DNA of 60,784 nt, filler included, from Dugesia japonica (lineage: Eukaryota): assembly GCA_001938525.1 (NCBI GenBank). It is 6 parts of 6 records of this genome, joined end to end, with 100 filler letters (N's around TTAATTAATTAA, not from the genome) between each part and the next. Parts side by side here need not be neighbours in the genome. Positions count along the whole stretch, not along the records: positions 18,265 to 27,798 come from MQRL01596823.1; positions 27,899 to 36,990 come from MQRL01597308.1; positions 37,091 to 45,726 come from MQRL01623526.1; 3 more parts are not named here. One strand, written 5' to 3'. Made by a program: the position numbers and the translations under genes. The number at the start of each line of letters is the position of its first letter. The first letter of the stretch is position 1. Shown one piece after another: positions 27,097 to 39,699 of this stretch. The notes under the pieces were generated by a model, which saw only the letters and a list, made by a program, of their open reading frames with translations, made no database searches and had not been told where the DNA came from.

Positions 27097-27115
27097 ATTA
27101 CTACACCATCGAACC
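27097..27115 (-). tRNA. tRNA-Val 5' portion, lying downstream of the 3' portion
   Basis: GGTTCGATGGTGTAGT; GGTTCGA pairs perfectly with TCGAACC of the 3' piece. Confidence 0.75.
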
Positions 27116-27297
27116 GTTGAACAAGTCACAATTTCTTGATTTTTATTACATATAATTTCTTAACGACTAATTTGTTAAATTCAATTAATAATTCATATAA
27201 AAATAAACAAAAATTCAATGAATAAAAATTATTATGAATAAAAATTTGTTGGAAATAATTCATTTAACATTCGTGAAATAATAAAACCACAAAAGTT

Positions 27298-27351
27298 TGG
27301 TTCGACCCGGGATCGAACCGGGGACCTTCTGCGTGTAAAGCAGNCGTAATA
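27298..27351 (-). tRNA. tRNA-Val(TAC), 3' portion (D-stem 3' side to discriminator)
   Basis: ACGnCTGCTTTACACGCAGAAGGTCCCCGGTTCGATCCCGGGTCGAACCA; anticodon TAC at 27337-27335; T-arm/B-box intact; followed by a TTTT terminator. Confidence 0.85.
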
Positions 27352-28102
27352 TTAAAAACTTATATTTAAATATAACACAAGTACAATAAATCTTTTAAAT
27401 TACACAAGATAATGGTCCAGCAAGGGACTTTTAAATAGTCTGAATGTCATCAAAAAAAGTTTTTTCTTGGCTTTTTCTTTGAATACTGGCTGTTGTATTG
27501 CATTTCTTGAATTCTAACCCTGGAATTGTTATATCTCAATTTCTGCGTTCGTTTATTTGTTGAATTTTTGTTATGAAACGTTCTTGAGACAGTGACGCAT
27601 TAATCATTTGATTCTTTGATTGTTTGTTATTGAGATTTGAGAATCACATTCTGCAATACAAAATCGAATTTCTACCTTGGTAGAATGGTAGTTAATACAC
27701 TATGCACTATTTATTCAAAGAAAGTTTTTTAACAGATGATTTTGATTAATGTTTTTATTTATTTACATATTTATATGGTAACAAGTTATTTACATATTNN
27801 NNNNNNNNNNNNNNNNNNNNNNNNNNNNNNNNNNNNNNNNNNTTAATTAATTAANNNNNNNNNNNNNNNNNNNNNNNNNNNNNNNNNNNNNNNNNNNNAT
27901 TTTATTATTTACATAGTTATCGAGTATTTACTTAGTTACCATGTATAGTCTGTATTATTTACATAGTTACGCCATTTGGAAGAATTTTTCTTTTGATTAT
28001 TGCTCTATTTTAATGGTTTAAGTAGTTTTAAAAATTCCCAGGCACGTGTTGGTGTGTTGCAATTGTGTTGCATCTGAGTTGCATGCCTATTGCATTTATT
28101 AA

Positions 28103-29567
28103 TCCTTAACCGCCCAGTAGTGTCTCAGAGACACTGTTTAAATTTCGTTTTCATAGTACATCTAAAGTTTTGAATGTATTCAAAGTAAACTTCATTTAAT
28201 TTATCACTATAGTCTTGTCAACCAAAATTACTAATTGAAGTCATTCAAATGAAATCATTACATTGGCAATTATTAAAAGGTCATAAATGTGACACAAAGA
28301 CCCAGGTCTGTCTGATAGACATAACATATAGTGTTATAAGGTTAACAGTAATAAAATAACCTTGGTGATGTAATTTAATTACACAAATAACTATAAATTT
28401 AATTTCAATAAATTCAATAAATATTGTAAAAAATGTAAGTCAAATCTTATAACTTAACATGAAATAATTTAGACATTTAGAAATTATTAATAATATGGTT
28501 GTAACTGAGAAGGAGCTGCTAATTGTATTACATGACTTAAATCATGATGATAATTCTGACAGTGGCAACCAAGATTTTATCCCAGAAGTAGAAAATGAGA
28601 TTGAAGACAATTTTACAGAGGTTGGATTAGAGAAAAGTTATGAACAGACATGCAGTGACAATGTATATTTCTCAACAGAAGAGAAACATGTTTCAAAATC
28701 AATTGTCCAATATTTAGGTAAGGACGGAACTATTTGGAATGCGAAANNNNNNNNNNNNNNNNNNNNNNNNNNNNNNNNNNNNNNNNNNNNNNNNNNGAAA
28801 AATAGTTCGTGACCCAATCGATATGTTTAATCTATTCATTGACCAAAGCTTTCTGGAAATAATAGTGAAGAAAAAATAAACGCTGTATTCCAGACAATTT
28901 TCAGCCAATTAGAGGACTGAATATTGAAACTTATATCTTTGGATTCAGAAAAGAAATGACCTTAGTTTCATATGTTCCAAAAAAGAACAGAGATGTTATT
29001 TTGTTATCTACTATCTACCATAGCAAACAATTTGACGCTAACAACAAAAATAAATCGGAAATTAATATTTATTATAATAAAACAAAAGGTGGTGTTGATA
29101 CAATGGATCAGTCAGCACATGAATACACAACTCGGCGCAAAACAAATAGATGACCAATAGCGTTTTTCCAAAATATGCTTGATATTGTTGGGAATTAGTC
29201 AGTCCTCATATTCAGAGACGAGGGAAAAAAGGGTTATCTGAGTTCCACTTGAAAGCCATGTAGGAAATTGCAAGTACAAGTCAATAGCAGTTTGAAGATT
29301 CAATCGTAAAAGAATCCACAGTAAAAAGAAAAAGGTATCACATATGCCCGTGTAAAATTGCAAAGAATTCAAAACAATGCTGCAATACATGTAATCAAAA
29401 TGTTTGTCTTGAACATTCTACAAAACAAATTCAATGCAAACAGTGTTCTTCTCTGTAATAAAAATAAATTTTATTATTTTTTGTTATAATTTAAAAGATT
29501 TTCTATGTAGTGTTTGTCAGACACTACCAGGTGGTTTTGGTACAAAAGCTTTCTGGGCGGTTAAGGA
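28103..29567 (+). mobile_element. piggyBac element, internally deleted, both ends intact
   Basis: TTAA TSDs at 28099-28102 and 29568-29571; perfect 15-bp TIR TCCTTAACCGCCCAG; YLGKDGTIW; MTLVSYVPKKNRDVILLST; YYNKTKGGVDTMDQ...RRKTNR*P; C-terminal Cys-rich domain. Confidence 0.93.
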
Positions 29568-30017
29568 TTAAAAATCATAGGCATGTGTTGCTGTATTGCA
29601 TTCATATTGCATCCCTGTTGCATTCATGATATTTATGTATTATATTTTGATATTATTGCAAGATATTGGACAGTTGAAAATTGAAATAAAATTAATTAAC
29701 ATGATAAAATATTCAAAGAGGGGAGTCTTTTTGATATTTACATGATAAAATATATCTATCAAAAAAGTTCAAAGAAGGGAGTCTTTGGGATGTTTACATG
29801 AAAAAATATTCAAATAAAAACGTTTTTTACAAGAAGATAAAAACAGATTTGTTTTTCATAAAAAGCATATTAGCTAGGTAATTGTTTATAAAAAACATAT
29901 TACTAGTGACAAATTTTTATAAAAAACATATATTTGGTGACAATTGTCTATAAAAAATGATAAAAACATGGAACTGTTTCTATACAAAATGATAAAAACA
30001 TAGAACGTTTTAACCTG

Positions 30018-30400
30018 ATATTACACAGTTAATATGTAAATAATATACTCATAAACTCTATAATACAGGCTTACTATGTAAATAATACACACAAAATCCA
30101 TATATTAAACGGTTGCTATGTAAATAATACAAGGTAAGTATACAAATAATACCCACATAAACCTTATATTACACGCTTAATATGTAAATAATATACTCAT
30201 AAACTCTATAATACAGGCTTACTATGTAAATAATACACACAAAATCCATATATTAAACGGTTGCTATGTAAATAATACAAGGTAAGTATACAAATAATAC
30301 CCACATAAACCTTATATTACACGCTTAATATGTAAATAATATACTCATAAACTCTATAATACAGGGTTACTATGTAAATAATACACACAAAATTTTATAT
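30018..30400. repeat. 148-bp tandem repeat (~2.6 copies) built from TATGTAAATAATA subunits
   Basis: AATATGTAAATAATATACTCATAAAC at 30031, 30179, 30327. Confidence 0.9.
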
Positions 30401-31249
30401 AGAAAATCGTCACCACATATAGGTTTTTTTTAAAGAATTGTCACTAGTAACATGTTTTGTTATAGGAATTTATCACTAGTAATATTTTTTTATAGAAAAC
30501 TACCTAACTAATATGTTTTTCATGAAAAAAATTTCAGTTTTTATCATATTGTTAAGAAAAGTTTTTATTTGAATATTTTATCATGTAAATATCAAAAAGA
30601 CTCCCCTCTTTGAATATTTTATCATGTAAATTAATTTTTTTAAATTTTCGACTGTCCAATATCTTGCAACAATATCAATAGGGATGCAATATGAATGCGA
30701 AACAGCAACACGTGCCTGGTAATTTATAAATGCAATAGGCATTCAATTGGGTTGCAATATGGATGCAATAGATATGGAATTAAATTGCAATAGTGATACA
30801 ACACACATTCACTACAAATCATGCGTCTGGAAATTTTTTCAATTTCCCGCCAAAAATAATTTTTTTAAATTTCCCGCCAAAAATAAAATTTTTAAATGTC
30901 CTGCCAAAAATAAATGCAATAGTTATGTAATATGAATGCAACACACCAAAACGTGCCTGGGAATTTTTAAAACTACTTAAACCATTAAAATAGAGCAATA
31001 ATCTAAAGAAAAATTCTTCCAAATAGCGTAACTATGTAAATAATACAGACTATACATGGTAACTAAGTAAATACTCGATAACTATGTAAATAATAAAATA
31101 ATTTTTAAAAATTTATATTTTATTCATTTCACATTAACATAATTATAATAATTATAATTATGATAAGAAATTAAAAAATCAATAATTTTATTGATTACTT
31201 AATTTTATATTATCATAATTGTAATTATTATAATGATGACAATATGAAT

Positions 31250-32010
31250 TAGGATTCTTAATTTCAAATGCATTTATTATATTGAAATTAAGAAAAAATC
31301 AATATCTTTATTGATTTTTTAATTTCATATGTACTTAATTGCATTTAAAATTAAAAATGGAGAATTAAAAATGAAGAATTTAAAAATGGTGAGTTTATTT
31401 CTTTTATATGTTAATTTAATGTAAATTTAGGTAAATCAAATAAAAAGTTCCATTATTGTATGATCTATTATGATTAAAGGTTCCATAGTAATATGGTCTA
31501 TAATATTTAAAGTTCCATATTAATATGGTCTATGATATATAAAGGTTCCATAGTAATATGGTCTATGATATTTAAAGGTTCCATTAATTTGGTAAAAAGT
31601 GTGTTAAAGATGTCTAATATGTGCTAAATAATATAAAAAATGTCATGTATTGAATAAGTAACAGTTGACTTGGAATTTCTTGCCATTTTGCGGATATAAG
31701 TCAAGTCAATTATTGACGATGATGATTGATTGTTTTTAAAACCATTGTAATGGTGTTCAATTTATGTCCGAATGTGAACGAATAGAAACACTGTTACCGG
31801 AGATGCACATACTGTAATCCAGCTTAGCCTAGTTAAAACTACGCAAGTTAATCTATAAGTTAAATTATGAATGGACTCGAATTGGATGCTAAAGACCTTG
31901 ATGGATTCGCTCCGTCAGACTGTACATGTCGGAAGAGATAATCTAATGGTTTTGAAGGAAAACAAGACTGTTACTGAAACAGTGCATGAAAATAATTCTT
32001 AATAATTTAT
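31250..32010 (+). repeat. Dispersed module (hairpin + 33-bp repeats + decayed ORF-like segment), copy 1
   Basis: Colinear with 39700-40440; AAAGGTTCCATAGTAATATGGTCTATGATATTT repeats. Confidence 0.8.
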
Positions 32011-34048
32011 TTCAACTAATTAATATATGAAAAATTAATTAATGTCATATTCTTTAAAATTTCTTTGACTTAAATACCTATAAGCATATGTATTTAGACT
32101 GCCCATACCATGCATAAATATAAAGACTGCGCATTACATGCATAAATATCTTGTAATAATATCTTACATAATATCAAGATTGCCCGATATCTTGTAATAA
32201 TACGAGTTTCAATAGTTTACAATTAAAAATATTCAAGCATTGACATTTGATGAGGTTATCAATGAAAAACAAGTTCTAGAAAGTATTTCAGAGAATCTAA
32301 ATTGTTTTGCTTTATTTCATAATAGTGATGACAAAGAAGTGATTCACCTATTAGAAGGGAAAAGATTTAGAGGGGCTCCAACTAATAAATAAACATAGAC
32401 ACCATCCCGTTACAAGTGCTGGCAAAGTTGAACTAGCTGTGCAATTTCAGCGTGAATTAAACATAATTATGTCACATAATGAATAATCATATAAAGAACT
32501 AAAAAAATTAAATCACAGCATCTGATAACTGATTTGGTATTTAAAACCAATGAAACCAAAGAAACAGAAAATGAAAGTTGTATCCAAGCTATATTTTAAA
32601 AAACATCGCCAATAATATTTTCCAGTGACGAAAGTGAGCGTTCGTCACAAAAAGTAACAAAGAACGGACACGTTAATTATCAAGTTTTGATACTGAATGA
32701 CTAAATAATTATGTTATATGATATGCAATATAAAATATATTTATTAAATAATATATACTTTAAAAATTAAGGTTTGTCTATTGTTTACCAAATCACATTG
32801 AAACTTATCTACCATTTTTATATGAAAACGTCATCTTTTTTTGCACTGTTGTTTTTGGAACGCATCCACCGTGTAAATGAGAATTAGGTATATATATATA
32901 TATATATACATTTGGCTGCCGATTCCACAAATTAAATTAAGGTGCGTCTACAAAATAGACGTAATAATCGTTTACCCAACTTTTAAAATCTTCGTCAACA
33001 ATAACATCAAATCGAAAGTCCACAAAATTTTATTCGAATATTGAAAATATAAACTTTTTCAAAAATGAGTCTTCGACCAAACTTGGAGAATTTTTACAAA
33101 ATTTACATTCATTTATATAGTCATTATACACACTAAATTCAAATACACAAAGACAAGAAATCCAATAAAATGTTTTATCAAATCACAATCTATCCAAAAA
33201 CATCTTGCACTCATGAATCTACCAATGTCACATTGACAAATAAAAAATTTTCAAGATAATTTTTGTACTAGTAAATTTGCCAATAAAAATGATTTAGCGA
33301 TGCTAATTTCCCATTGGTCGCACGTCAACTCTCTCTGTAGAGTAACAAAAAGGGTTCAGGATCTAATCGGCAAAAATTTACATTGACTCTATTTTCTAAT
33401 ATAATTGTTAGAAGCCCTCGTTTACTTTAACTACGAAATTTTTAATATATTTTACTAAGTAATCAAGTTAGTATTTAATCAATTAAAGTTTTAGTAATAT
33501 TTATTCCTCTACGAATCATTTATGTGAATGGCTTCTCATCATTTGAAATGATCCGAGAATTTGTAATTACAGGTCTATTTTCATCTATCGTCATTATTCA
33601 TCATTGTATTAAATGTGTACAAATTACATGAATGTTTTGTCACTTTTCAAGTTTAATTATATATTATTATTACTACTAAAATTTTACAACTTAGATTATC
33701 ACTTGGGATATTCAATATTCATTCATAGATTTTGCCGAAATATTGAACTCTCTATGAAAATAGAAAAACATCGTTTTTGATCTTTGCAATTGAAAATAAA
33801 TTTTTTTTATTAAACTTGTTTTCCAAAATATTTGATTAATAAATAACTTTACACTATCGACAAGATTTTTCTACTAATTACTGATATGTATAATTGAGCC
33901 TTTATTTGGGTCCCTCCAGGTAAGTAGCTATCTTTGTGCTTTGTTTTATAATCACTAATTAATTTGTATTTTATTATATATATAGTAAGATCCAGTTAAC
34001 ATGTGGTAGTCCAGTAAAGTTAAGTAAAATGAATTTTGTAGAAAAAAA

Positions 34049-34119
34049 AGTCGGAGTCGCTCATTTTCCATGACTTCGACTCCGGCCAAAAAAACGCGAT
34101 TCCAACTCAACAGCTCTAC
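34049..34119 (+). mobile_element. hAT-type MITE end (GGAGTCG / CGACTCC motifs)
   Basis: AGTCGGAGTCG...TTCGACTCCGG...CCAACTCAACAGCTCTA. Confidence 0.45.
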
Positions 34120-35281
34120 ACAATTCACTAAGATGATTGTAAAATTTTTCTGGTTTGACTATGTGTTGTAATATCCTACATGGTTTATTGTCGTTATTAG
34201 TGATATGAAAGTAATAGTGGGACTGTAAAATTCGCTTATGTTCCTAATTTGACTTTGAGAAAAAATTTCTTTAAATGCAAGTTAATAGAAGATTCGTTGA
34301 TAAAACAACTTTAAAATAACCGTTATAAAAAATGGATTTTGAACTATAATGAATTATCTTTTCGTTTTAAAATCCTATGGGGTCCATTAACCCTCTCAAA
34401 TTTTCTATGAAATTTGCAGATCTTTTAAACATCTATTAACGGCTGGTACTTTATTCTTCCAAAGTAATTTAATGATTTATTGGAACAGTTCTCTCATTTT
34501 TATTTCATATTTCTTATATAAGCTCTCTTTTTACCAAAATCATTTTACTCCGATAAATTTATTTTTCCACTTTAAAGTAGTTTATAATGATAAAATGTGT
34601 TTAAATTAATAATAAGCATATTGGCCTCTTCTTCTACTAAATTAATACTAAATTAAATAAAAACCAATCTAATCAATCTGTTTTCTTTTCATTATTGAAT
34701 TGATATACTTTCCATTGTTCTTGGTGTATCGTGCTCTCTTGAATCTTTATTTTCATTACTTAATATAATTAAACTGTATGTTTAACTGAATATTTAAATC
34801 AAAAATACGGGAAATTAAAATATTTAAACATATCCCATGTTTTTTTAAAAATTAAGTTTAAATAGAATGATAAAAATTAGTCAATGATGACTTATAATTT
34901 ATAAATTATTCATAATAATTATTTTTTTTCATCTTGTTATTTAAAAAATTACTTCAACTTTACAAGTCAAAGAAAAAACTGTTTCTTTTCTGTAAAAAAA
35001 TTATTATTATGATTATTTTTTTCAAATTTTAGTAATTAATATTTTTATAATCAGAACTCTGAAAGTTTTTTTTTTAAATAAAATTTTCAATATTAACAAA
35101 TAACAATGTTAGCAATTGAGAATATCCACTGAGTAAAAAGCTGTGGAATACAACAAATCTCTCCATGAAAGGTAAATTAAAAAAGTTTGTTTCTCTCAAA
35201 ATATCATCTCAAAATAACAAAATTAAAAATATCTATCTACAAAATTGTTCTATGAGGATTTATTATTAATTTATTATTAAT

Positions 35282-35986
35282 TTAGATTTTCTTATTATCT
35301 TCTTTAGATGATAATTCTTCTTTCAAATCATTATTTATTCCTACGATTTGGATAGGTGCTACAGTTACTCTAGATTTCTTAGACGAAAAGAGAGATCTAC
35401 ATATGCGATTATCGACAGGTTTGTTGACGTCTTCAGAATAATCCAATTTGTTAATGGAATAGTGAGAAGATTCATTATCCGTATCAATATTGTTAGAAAA
35501 TAGATTAATCAATGTAGCTAATTTCGTATCCATATTGTTCATATGATTATTGATGTTGTTCATCTCGGCACTGAATTCATTTTTTACTTGACAGATTATA
35601 TTTTCAATACATTTTTGACAAGTATTGCATCTCGGACAATTGATTTTTGCAGTTGAATTGGATGAATTGCTTTTCTTGATAATTTGAGAATGAGTTTTAT
35701 TAGAATTAGTTTCACATGTACTGTCAGATAAATCACTGTCATCAAAATTTATTTCTTCAATGGGACTTTGATAAATACTTGATTGGATTTTTGAGGCAAT
35801 TAGATGATTCATAGACATTCCTGATTGTTGATCTCGTAGAAATCTGGGATCACTTCGCTTTCTAAATTTTGAAATCAACTTTCGAACTGGATGTTCATTT
35901 GAGAATTTAGATAAAGTAACATCGTCTTTCCGTTTCTCTTGAAGCTCTTTTTCTCTATTCACATCATTTATTTTTCGAAATATAAA
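35282..35986 (-). CDS. eag: EAG-subfamily (KCNH1/5-like) voltage-gated K+ channel, terminal exon
   Basis: Acceptor CTTAG|TTT; FIFRKINDVNREKELQEKRKDD...EHPVRKLISKFRK matches the post-CNBHD calmodulin-binding segment of EAG; C-terminal tetramerising coiled coil VKNEFSAEMNNINNHMNNMDTKLATLINLF. Confidence 0.92.
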   Translation of the reverse strand, partial: FIFRKINDVNREKELQEKRKDDVTLSKFSNEHPVRKLISKFRKRSDPRFLRDQQSGMSMNHLIASKIQSSIYQSPIEEINFDDSDLSDSTCETNSNKTHSQIIKKSNSSNSTAKINCPRCNTCQKCIENIICQVKNEFSAEMNNINNHMNNMDTKLATLINLFSNNIDTDNESSHYSINKLDYSEDVNKPVDNRICRSLFSSKKSRVTVAPIQIVGINNDLKEELSSKEDNKKI

Positions 35987-37385
35987 CTAAGCAACAATGA
36001 AAACATTAAATATGTATTAACATATTCATTAATGTAACAATAATTTTGTCAAAATAAAATCAACTGAAGATAAAATATCTGTTTTGTTAAAATCTTTTAT
36101 TTGGTCATAATTTTCTGTTATATTAATGTTATTTATGAGAATTTATACATACTGGTTTAACCTTTAAATGCATGATTTTTTGAAATTCATTAAACAAAAT
36201 GTTTATTAGAAAATTTATTATTCATACAAACAATAGACAAAAGATTGATTTTATTTTTATTTTCACTTCAATTCATAGACGGACTCTTAAAATAATCATA
36301 AATAATTATACTTAAATATTTCGTATGATAGAAATTTCTATAACGATTCATCTAAGGATTAAAATCAACCAAGAAAAATGCCAACCATATTTTGTTTTAA
36401 ATTATTCGGTATTTTAAATATTTTTCATAGTTTCTATGATTCTCGTCTATTTTTCAGTGTTTTTATTTTATTTTCAGAAAAGATAATATGACTGTTATAT
36501 GAGTTTGGAGAACTCATCGAAGAATTGAATTTACTTCCAAATAATATTTATTCACAAAACCAAAACTATGAATATAAATTTGTTTTATTTTCAAACAAAT
36601 TAAAAAATTTATTTTCGAAACGAAAAATAAAAAATATCAGCCTTTTATTACATTAATTCAGTTTATTTTAGATTTTAATAAATAACGTAAAATTTAAAAA
36701 TACAATAAAAAATATATTTTGTTGAAAATCAGAAATTTAGTAGTTTTACAAATCACAACAAAATTATAAAAATTAAAAATTCTAAAATTTTAATATACAT
36801 TGCGAAAAAATTTTGAATTCAACACAAATTATAAATTTCATAAAAACAAAAATTTTAAAATTCATTTGCTTTTAACGGTTAATTTTAAATTTTATTTTAC
36901 GAATTATTTTAATGATTCAACTTAAATATTTAAAAAATCCGATTTTATATAAATTCTGTTTCAAAATACAAAAAATCTAAATCTGCTTTTNNNNNNNNNN
37001 NNNNNNNNNNNNNNNNNNNNNNNNNNNNNNNNNNTTAATTAATTAANNNNNNNNNNNNNNNNNNNNNNNNNNNNNNNNNNNNNNNNNNNNTGCACACCCG
37101 ACTGTGTCGGGTTTGCAAAGTTTAATCTGATGGTTGCCATGGAGAAGCATTTTATTCAAATGCAGAATTATGACTATTATTTTTGATACTATTGATTGTA
37201 TGTTAAAAATAAATGTATTATTATTTAGTCTTTCTTTTATTTAATTTTTTTTTAGTTTTTTATTTATTGTATTTAGAAATGTTTTTTATAATATAAAATT
37301 AATTTAAATGAAATTAACATTTTTTTCATAAAAATTTATTTCATTAAAAAATAACACAAAGTAAACATTAGGTTTGATAACAAAT

Positions 37386-37843
37386 TTAATTTTTCTTTTC
37401 GATGTTTTTGATTTTCCATTTAACTCCTACCGAATTAATTGATTTCTTGAAGCCTTTAATCTCCACTTGAATCATATATTGACTGTCGTCTTCATATTGG
37501 TTTTCATTTCTTTTTTTAAAGGCTATATAAATAGACTCGTTGACTTCAATTTGACGGCTTAATCTAGCGAACATACCCTTTTGTATATTTCTATCCTTCT
37601 CATGAATTCCAGATAGAAGTAGACTAAATTTGGATCATTTTATTGAAACTTGTTTCTAAAATAAAATATTAATTTATAAAATGAAATAAAAAATAAATAC
37701 TTTGAAGTCTTAGATAATCGGAGTCTTCAAAAAGAACAACTTGTAATTGTGGAAATCAGTAATTTTCTCTAGTTCCACAGTTATTGTTGGCACGTTTTCC
37801 TTAGTTAGTTGGTTTTCTTGAATTTTTGAATTGTAAAAGTCAT
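37386..37843 (-). pseudogene. Two-exon decayed gene, possible OB-fold ssDNA-binding (DUF2738-like) protein
   Basis: 45-nt GT-AG intron 37656-37700, phase 0; YKLFFLKTPII*DFK|KQVSIK*SKFSLLLSG...YMIQVEIKGFKKSINSVGVKWKIKNIEK; one frameshift and two stops. Confidence 0.5.
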
Positions 37844-38064
37844 TAATTGTATGAAAAGCTTTACTTTTGTACTAATTGCGATACACATCTACTCGTTATT
37901 TGCGAGTTCCTATTGGTTAGTGTTTACTTAAATTTATATTATGTTAATATTTCTTTGAATTGTTGCGATTAGCTAATGTTTGCTAAAATTGAAATGATTG
38001 GATAATATTTGTTTTGATTGGTTACCGGGTTTAAATGTTTAAAAATAATTTCTCTTTTACAAAA
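37844..38064. promoter_or_regulatory. Putative bidirectional promoter with CCAAT boxes
   Basis: 220 bp between divergent ATGs; ATTGG at 37912, 37997, 38017. Confidence 0.35.
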
Positions 38065-38578
38065 ATGTCTTTTAACTATTTGGAAAGTTATTTTGAAAAT
38101 CTCGATCAAAGCAGAAGAGTTCTTGGAAATATTGATAACCAGGAAAGATTAGAAAAAATAATTGAAGCCATTGATAACGGAACCATGATTATTAATGACG
38201 AACAGATAGAAGACACAGTTTATAACGAAAATATGGCAGATGCATTATGCATACCCTGACGAAGAAGACGATGCTGTTCATTTTGAAAATATAGACAAAA
38301 GTATGAACATTATTATGGTAAGAGTTTAATTTATTATTATTTTATTTAATTTTCTTTTTTAGATTTAGCGTTGGAGATATTAAATGAAAGGTTTCCAGAA
38401 TTTCTTCATGAATATATATATGCTGTTGACATTGGATGAATATTTTGATCATATTTTGCAGACAACAGCAATTGACATGAATCTAATTATGAACAAATTC
38501 ATCTTGGAACTTCAATCGGCTTTCCGTGACAATGTAAACAAGACCCATTATGACATCTTGAAGGAAAAAATATTTTGA
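38065..38578 (+). pseudogene. Two-exon decayed acidic helical protein gene of unknown function
   Basis: MSFNYLESYFENLDQ...; 45-nt intron 38318-38362 (GTAAG...TTTTAG); KYEHYY|DLALEILNERFPEF...LTLDEYFDHIL...KEKIF*; frameshifts. Confidence 0.5.
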
Positions 38579-39699
38579 AGATAACTGAAAACTTGAAAAA
38601 TTAAATGTTATTTTAATAAATGTTTTATTGGATAATTGTTTCCTTTTATTTATTATTTTTTATAATAAATAAATTAATAAGGTATTTTTTAAATAGTAAA
38701 TTAATAAGTTTTTTTTAGTAATAAAATAATAAATGTTTCTTATTGTAAATAGTTTTTTATTAATGAATCTAATATGTATGCAATAGGGATGCAACACAGC
38801 ATCACATGCATTGGATTTTAATGAATGCAATTGATATGCAATAGGTATGCAACACAGCAGCACGTGCCAGGGAATTTTAAATTTATGCAACAGGCATGCT
38901 ATAGGATTGTAACACAACGAAAATTTCCGCATTTATGGAATATTTTTAAAAGGTATCCTCGATAAATGATTTTTTTAAGAAAAAAATCTATACTTTTATC
39001 ATTTTCCTAGTAAAGGTTTCCTTATCATAAGTGACTGATGAATAAAGTTTTAAAATTTATATTATATTATTATTACCATAATTATTATTGTGAGAAAAAG
39101 TTAATTAGAATCAAAGTTGATTTTGAATTGAAGAATGTTTTAAATTATAAATGCTTAAGTTTTCAGAGTAGTTGTTTTAATAATATAAAAATTACCGTGA
39201 AAACTGATTAGCTAAATTTTAAAGAAAATAGAAGCAAATAAATTGAAAGTATTATTATTATTATTATTTGGAATTAGAGATCTTACTAATGTTCTTGAAA
39301 TATTATTATTGTGTTTATCATTTACTATCTGAATTGAAAATTCTATTATTGTGCAATTATCATGGATATTTGGATTGGAGATTATATTTTTGTTGTGATT
39401 AACATTCATTACTTGGATTGGAAGTTCTATTATTGTTTAACCTTGTTGGAAACGCAATTGTGATTGTTAATTAATTTATTTATTAAATTGTTGAGTGTAA
39501 ATAATATTTGAATTTAATATTATTAATAATTATAATTATTTGCTTCTAAATTGTTAATATTATTTATTGCTAATTATAATTAACTTCACCTCCTTATTAT
39601 TCTGTGTCTTTACCACACTTGCTAAGCAACATAATTGGTAACTACATACAACATGTTAAGGGAATCTGTAGCAACTGACAATAATAATTACAATACTGA

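Larger units (their letters stand above)
27899..31099. repeat. Large foldback (inverted-repeat) structure interrupted by a piggyBac
   Basis: 27899-28060 is the reverse complement of ~30935-31099; 29575-29950 is the reverse complement of ~30405-30740. Confidence 0.88.

Noticed and set aside
30018-30400. CRISPR-like array
   Set aside because: The intervening sequences repeat with a 148-bp period, the context is eukaryotic, and there are no cas genes
2252-35986. Functional link between the CaMKII-motif exon and the eag gene
   Set aside because: eag has its own stop at 35282, and the two are separated by three artificial spacers
37091-37121. Helitron 3' hairpin ACCCGAC-TGT-GTCGGGT
   Set aside because: Hairpin is present but the terminus reads CAAAG rather than CTRR, and the upstream sequence is lost in the spacer
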